From Veleropilina oligotropha (Eukaryota): a stretch of DNA of 64,000 nt. A program made the translations under genes and the position numbers. Of this stretch, positions 59,511-64,000 are shown piece by piece (positions within the stretch are counted from its first letter, which is position 1; each line of letters starts with the position of its first letter). A model generated the notes under the pieces. It was not told where the DNA came from. It searched no databases and worked only from the letters and a program-made list of their open reading frames with translations. The DNA is taken from positions 1 to 64,000 of the forward strand of contig JBEUKZ010000100.1 of the NCBI GenBank assembly GCA_048128005.1. The letters are read 5' to 3'.

Positions 59511-59740
59511 CTGCAAATAGAAACAGTTTCCAGCTTAGCTGACAATGGTTATGTTTTGCTTATTTGGACTTTATTATCCCGTTTTAACGTCTATGGTCAT
59601 ACTAAGATATGACACCACTATCGTGGGACGAAAGCCCAAAATATTGTGTGAAATCCACTGGTTATGAACCACCAAGACCGATAGAGTTATCATAGTTCTG
59701 TAGTTACGTTTTAACAAGAGTCAAACTCACACTTCCAAAG

Positions 59741-60080
59741 TAATAATAATAATAATGTGAAGATTTATCTGCGCTTTTCCACACATACGAGACGCGTGCT
59801 CAAAGTGCTTACATTATTATTCCCTGGTTATTGGCCTGTTCATTCAATATTCCTTCTCAACTCTATGTGAGAGTAATACGGTCAAGTACATGCCTGTTAG
59901 GCGCTTGACCAGTCATTCTGACATATTCTGCCACTGCCAACCAGGTACCCATTTAGATCTCAGATCGGCTGGGTGAACCGAGGCAATATATGCTTAATTC
60001 CGTGCTCAAGGGAAGTTGCCGGGATCGGGGTTGAACCCCAAACTTCTCGAGTGAGAGGTCAGTGTATCTAACACTGCATC
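59741..60080 (-). mobile_element. tRNA-derived SINE, family 3, with CORE/Nin-like body and L2-type tail
   Basis: B-box GGGTTCAACCCC, CCCTTGAGCACGG, TCACCCAGC...AAATGGGTACCTGG, tail CTTTGAGCAC...GGAAAAGCGC plus (ATT)n. Confidence 0.75.
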
Positions 60081-60422
60081 CAGTGGATCTTCCAGTAATC
60101 CAGTGGATCCAAAGTAATCCAGTGAATCGAAAACATCACTCTTACCACCGTGCCATGGAGACGTCCACTTTTATGTATGCCAAAATGGCAAATTGATGTC
60201 ATCATGAGGCAAGATAACAATGATATCATTCATTGCCTAGACACAAAATCATGGAAACACTATATTCAGACTCGTGACAGTATTTTCTTGCTAGCAGCTT
60301 ATCCATCAATTTGTACAGATTTGACAATAAATGATTGTCATTTTGCACTTTCATTTTGTAATATGCAAACCAGCTAAAAGTTCTAAACAAACTGTTGTAA
60401 TCTGCAAAATCAAATACTACCA

Positions 60423-62845
60423 TTATTAGGGCTTCAAGCTTCAGGCTTGAAGACCTATTGTTATTGCTAAACCTTTTTTTTAATTATTATAATTTGTCCG
60501 TATTTTGTAGGTCCGAAATCTCAAAAACTATAAAAGGCATGAACTTGAAACTTAGCATATATGTACCTACCGTATTGAAGTAGTGCTTAAAAAATTTTCA
60601 GTTTGGTGGCGCCACCGGTTTGGCGGCCATCTTGTTTTATGCAAATATTTAAAAAACGCCATTTTGCTAATAACTTTGTTAAGACTTCAGCTAGAGCAAT
60701 GAACTTCAATATGTAAGTTAATAGGTATATACTGGTCATCCCTGTGAAGCCAAGTCATAACTTTTGCAATTAGGTCAGCCGCCATCTTGGAATTTGCGTT
60801 TGCGGCCATTGCTCAAAAACTTTTTTAAGAATTTTTCTGAAACTTGGTAGAATGCTTTGCCTATCATCTACTTAAAGGCTGTTAATAGATGGATTCTGAA
60901 ATATCGTTTTAAGTGCCTCGTTTTGAGATATTCCCGATAATGGCGGCCTTTAACAATGAATTTGGTAAAAACCTATTTTCGTCAAATCGAACAAAATTCA
61001 CTTTTTTTTCTTGTAAATATGCAACATTGATGTTATTAAGTAAATACGAGTAAAAAAAATGATTAAAATATTCGAAATGTGAAGTTTGCAACAATTCAAA
61101 ATGATTACATTTGAAATCCTCTCTCAGGGGCACTAACTCCAATAATACATGAAGCACATCACTCAAATTTGGCATACTAATAGAGCAGGTCAATATGAAC
61201 AACTTTATTGCTGATATGTATGGTGTTCCAGCAACTTCATAGCATTGTTTTTCCATCCAAAGTTTGTAAAGTCGCCTCTTTGCGACATTCTTAATATCTC
61301 TTTAACCAAGTTATCGAACTATTCGAAATTTCCACCATCAAGTAAGATGCCAATACACTACATATACTGAAAATTTGAAGAAATTATGTTACGTATTTCC
61401 AAAGTTGGAGCGAGTTAAACAATGCGCATCATCGCGAAGTGCTCGGTTGCAATTATTGGAGTTATTGGAGTTAGTGCCCCTGAGAGAGGATTTCAATATG
61501 TAGTTATTTTGAGGTCAATTTAATGAGCTCACTCGTGGAGCAGTGGTAGCGTTCTAGACTCCCAATTGGGAGGACCCGAGTTCGAATCACGATATGTCAA
61601 AAATATATTTTTGTGATTTTATGCATTTTTACAAATGCTTATGTGTAGCATGTCACAAGATGGTGTTATTTTGAGGTCAATTTAATGAGCTCACTCGAGA
61701 GGACCTGGGTTCGAATCTCGATATGGCAAAAATATATTTTGTGATTTTTAAATGGCAATATCTCTAAAACTGTTGCAGCTAGAGTAACGATATTTCATAT
61801 TTAGGTGCATATGCTATAGAAACCAATCTTGGCCAGATCGGTTAATTAGGTCATCCGCCATCTTTGATTGAATTTTCAAAATTCTTTAACAGCTAATATC
61901 TTCAATAATATTGTAGCTAGAGACATGGTTACTATAGGGAGCCTATGGTAAGTCATGGGTGGGTATTCCAAATCCACTTTGACCTTTGACCTCAGGTGAC
62001 CTATTTAAGGAAAAATGCCTATTTGGACGATATAAAATGGTCATAAAGGGGATAACTAGGTTAAGACTGGTCCTAGAGCTTAGATATTTTAAATTAGGTC
62101 AAATATTTTTTTGGAAAAAAACAAAATGGCCGCCGCATTAATATTCAAATGGCCTTATCTCGAGAACTAAGCGGTGTAGAAATTTGAAATTTGCGGCATT
62201 CGATTCAGAGTGGCCATATGTTCATCATGAAATAATAAAATAAAACAATTATTATTATTATTTTTTTTTCATTATATGAATCGCATGCCGCAAATTTCAG
62301 GCTTCTACCCAGCATAGTTCTCGAGATATCTCCATATCTCTGATGAATTTTTCTGAAAATTGGAAGAATGCTTCATCTATCAACTACTTAAATACTGTAA
62401 AAAGATGGGTTCCTAAAATTGTTTTAAGCGCCTCGCTTTGAGATCTAAATGATTTGGGCGGCCATTTTGAATTCATTAAATGGATATACCTCTAAAACTG
62501 TTACAGCTACAGTAATGCTATTTAATGTGAAGGTATTTTGGACTGATTCATTAAACTTCTGATTCAATATCTCGCAAATTATGCACTGTAGACACTAGTT
62601 ACCATAGGGAGCCTATATGAGGTCATCGGCAATCTTTCAAATGTGACCTTGACCTTTGACTTCCGATGACCTTTTGACCTATATATGACGTATATGTTAA
62701 ATATTGACCTTGCAGGCGAGTTTTTCACATCAGTGGTATAGGTAAAGCACATTGGACATGAATGTCAAGTATGGGGTTCGATTGCAACTACTGCAGCCAC
62801 CACGGTTCGGACTTGAAGCCCTCACAGCTGCTTGCAGCTTTAATT
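60423..62845 (+). mobile_element. Complete Helentron-type non-autonomous element (2.4 kb)
   Basis: 5' subTIR AGGGCTTCAAG (60428) and IR CTTGAAGACCT (60446). 3' subTIR CTTGAAGCCCT (62812), hairpin AGCTGCTTGCAGCT, TTAATT. T-rich target. Confidence 0.8.
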
Positions 62846-62858
62846 ATTATTATTATTA

Positions 62859-63105
62859 CTAGCAATGGTACCCGTCTCCGCCGGGTAAGTCCCCCCACCC
62901 CAATTTTTTTTTTTTTTTTTTTGGATAGTGCTCCCTTAAATATTTTTTTTTTTTCCCGAATTTTCCGAATTTTTTTCGTGGTAAACCTTCCTTGGGGGAC
63001 CCCGATTAACCCCCCAAAGTTTGAAGGTCCTAGGTCAAAGCGTCTGGGAGGAGTTCAACTTGAAACAGACAGACAGACAGACAGACAGACACACATACAT
63101 TAAGA
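62859..63105 (-). mobile_element. Short non-autonomous Helitron
   Basis: Minus strand: A|TC start, (CTGT)n, subterminal hairpin TACCCG-GCGGAGA-CGGGTA, CTAG|T end. Confidence 0.7.
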
Positions 63106-63146
63106 TTTTCCGAATTTTTTTCGTGGTAAACCTTCCTTGGGGGACC

Positions 63147-63288
63147 CCGTTAGTGGACCAGCACTGTATTCACTGGGCCATGATGGCACCTAGTCTGTTA
63201 GTAGACCAGCACTGTATTCACTGGGCCATGCTGGCACCTAGTCCGTTAGTAGACCAGCACTGTATTCACTGGGCCATGATGGCCCCTA
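63147..63288 (-). repeat. 48-bp tandem repeat x3 derived from the SINE family 2 head
   Basis: GTTAGTAGACCAGCACTGTATTCACTGGGCCATG matches TTAGTAGACCAGCACCGTATCCACTCGGCCATG at 15266-15298. Confidence 0.75.
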
Positions 63289-63584
63289 ATATAAATAGAA
63301 ATCATACAACAAAATACGTCAATATTATATCAGACCATAAAATTTAAACAAACGTGCCAAAGCGATGGGCATCTACAACAGAAAATCTTGACTTGCTTAC
63401 CACAATATTATGAAAGGATTATTCCTAGCCTTACAACTACTTGTGTCTTAGAATAATGACATACTATTAGGCCTTCACGAATCGGACAACGCTAAAACCA
63501 TGGTGGGTGAAAACATATGCATACTTTTGACAAGAGCCCATTAGAAAACGCATTCATCCCCCGCCTTCCGCAATCTCTCTGATA

Positions 63585-64000
63585 TAAACTTTAACCTAAA
63601 TTTCTATGTCCAAACACACCAAGTTCATTCAGTATTTATACGAAATTACATTCAATATAATTGCTAAGAGTAAAAGGTGTATTATCAATATAAGCATCAC
63701 TAAAGAATGTGTATGCAATAATGGCATGGAGCAACGTAAATTCATTTATTTAATTTAAAAAGTCCACATTAACCAAAATTGTTACGTCCACAAACACTCA
63801 TTTCACATGTTATTTATATTATAAATCACTTGCAGATGAGGGGCGCAGCATCAATATAGTCATCACTAAAGTATATGAATGCAAAACAGTGCCTAGAAAA
63901 ACCCTTGTGAGCCCATTTAAAAACTTTACACAAAACTTTAACCAAAATTTATATGTCCACAAACAGTAATTTCACATGTTATTTACACTATAAATCACTT
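63585..64000. repeat. ~180-bp tandem repeat family (as 33640-33995), runs off the window
   Basis: Recurrent TTAACCAAAATT..ATGTCCACAAACA...TTTCACATGTTATTTA. Confidence 0.65.

Noticed and set aside
60080..64000. Further upstream exons of the VWD gene
   Set aside because: No exon with the expected GDPH/TFDG motif and compatible splice phase was found. The region is mostly repeats, so the 5' exons probably lie outside the window.

Overview
AT-rich, repeat-dense animal genomic DNA; the SINE, Helentron and Academ repertoire suggests a mollusc-like invertebrate, which is an inference. It is not prokaryotic. Two host genes lie on the minus strand. One is the 3' portion (about 650 aa, 13 phase-consistent exons plus a candidate 24-nt microexon, 29565-59510) of a single-pass membrane protein with VWD and EGF-like domains. 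The other is an intronless 314-aa ORF of unknown function (20228-21172). Most of the remainder is transposable elements and tandem repeats: a structurally complete 7.2-kb DIRS-type tyrosine-recombinase retrotransposon (ITRs, ICR, gag-RT-RNaseH-adenine-methylase ORF, frameshifted recombinase) inserted without TSD into a 41/43-bp satellite; an intact FLYWCH-MULE (Phantom-like) transposon; a decayed Academ element with TIRs and TSD; an internally deleted I/Nimb-type LINE; nested Helentron-type non-autonomous elements; MITEs; and tRNA-derived SINEs. The most notable observation is that the 3.7-kb 39/43-bp satellite at 55.7-59.4 kb is an in-situ amplification of an internal segment of a single SINE copy. 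All coordinates, alignments and family calls were made by eye, without database searches.
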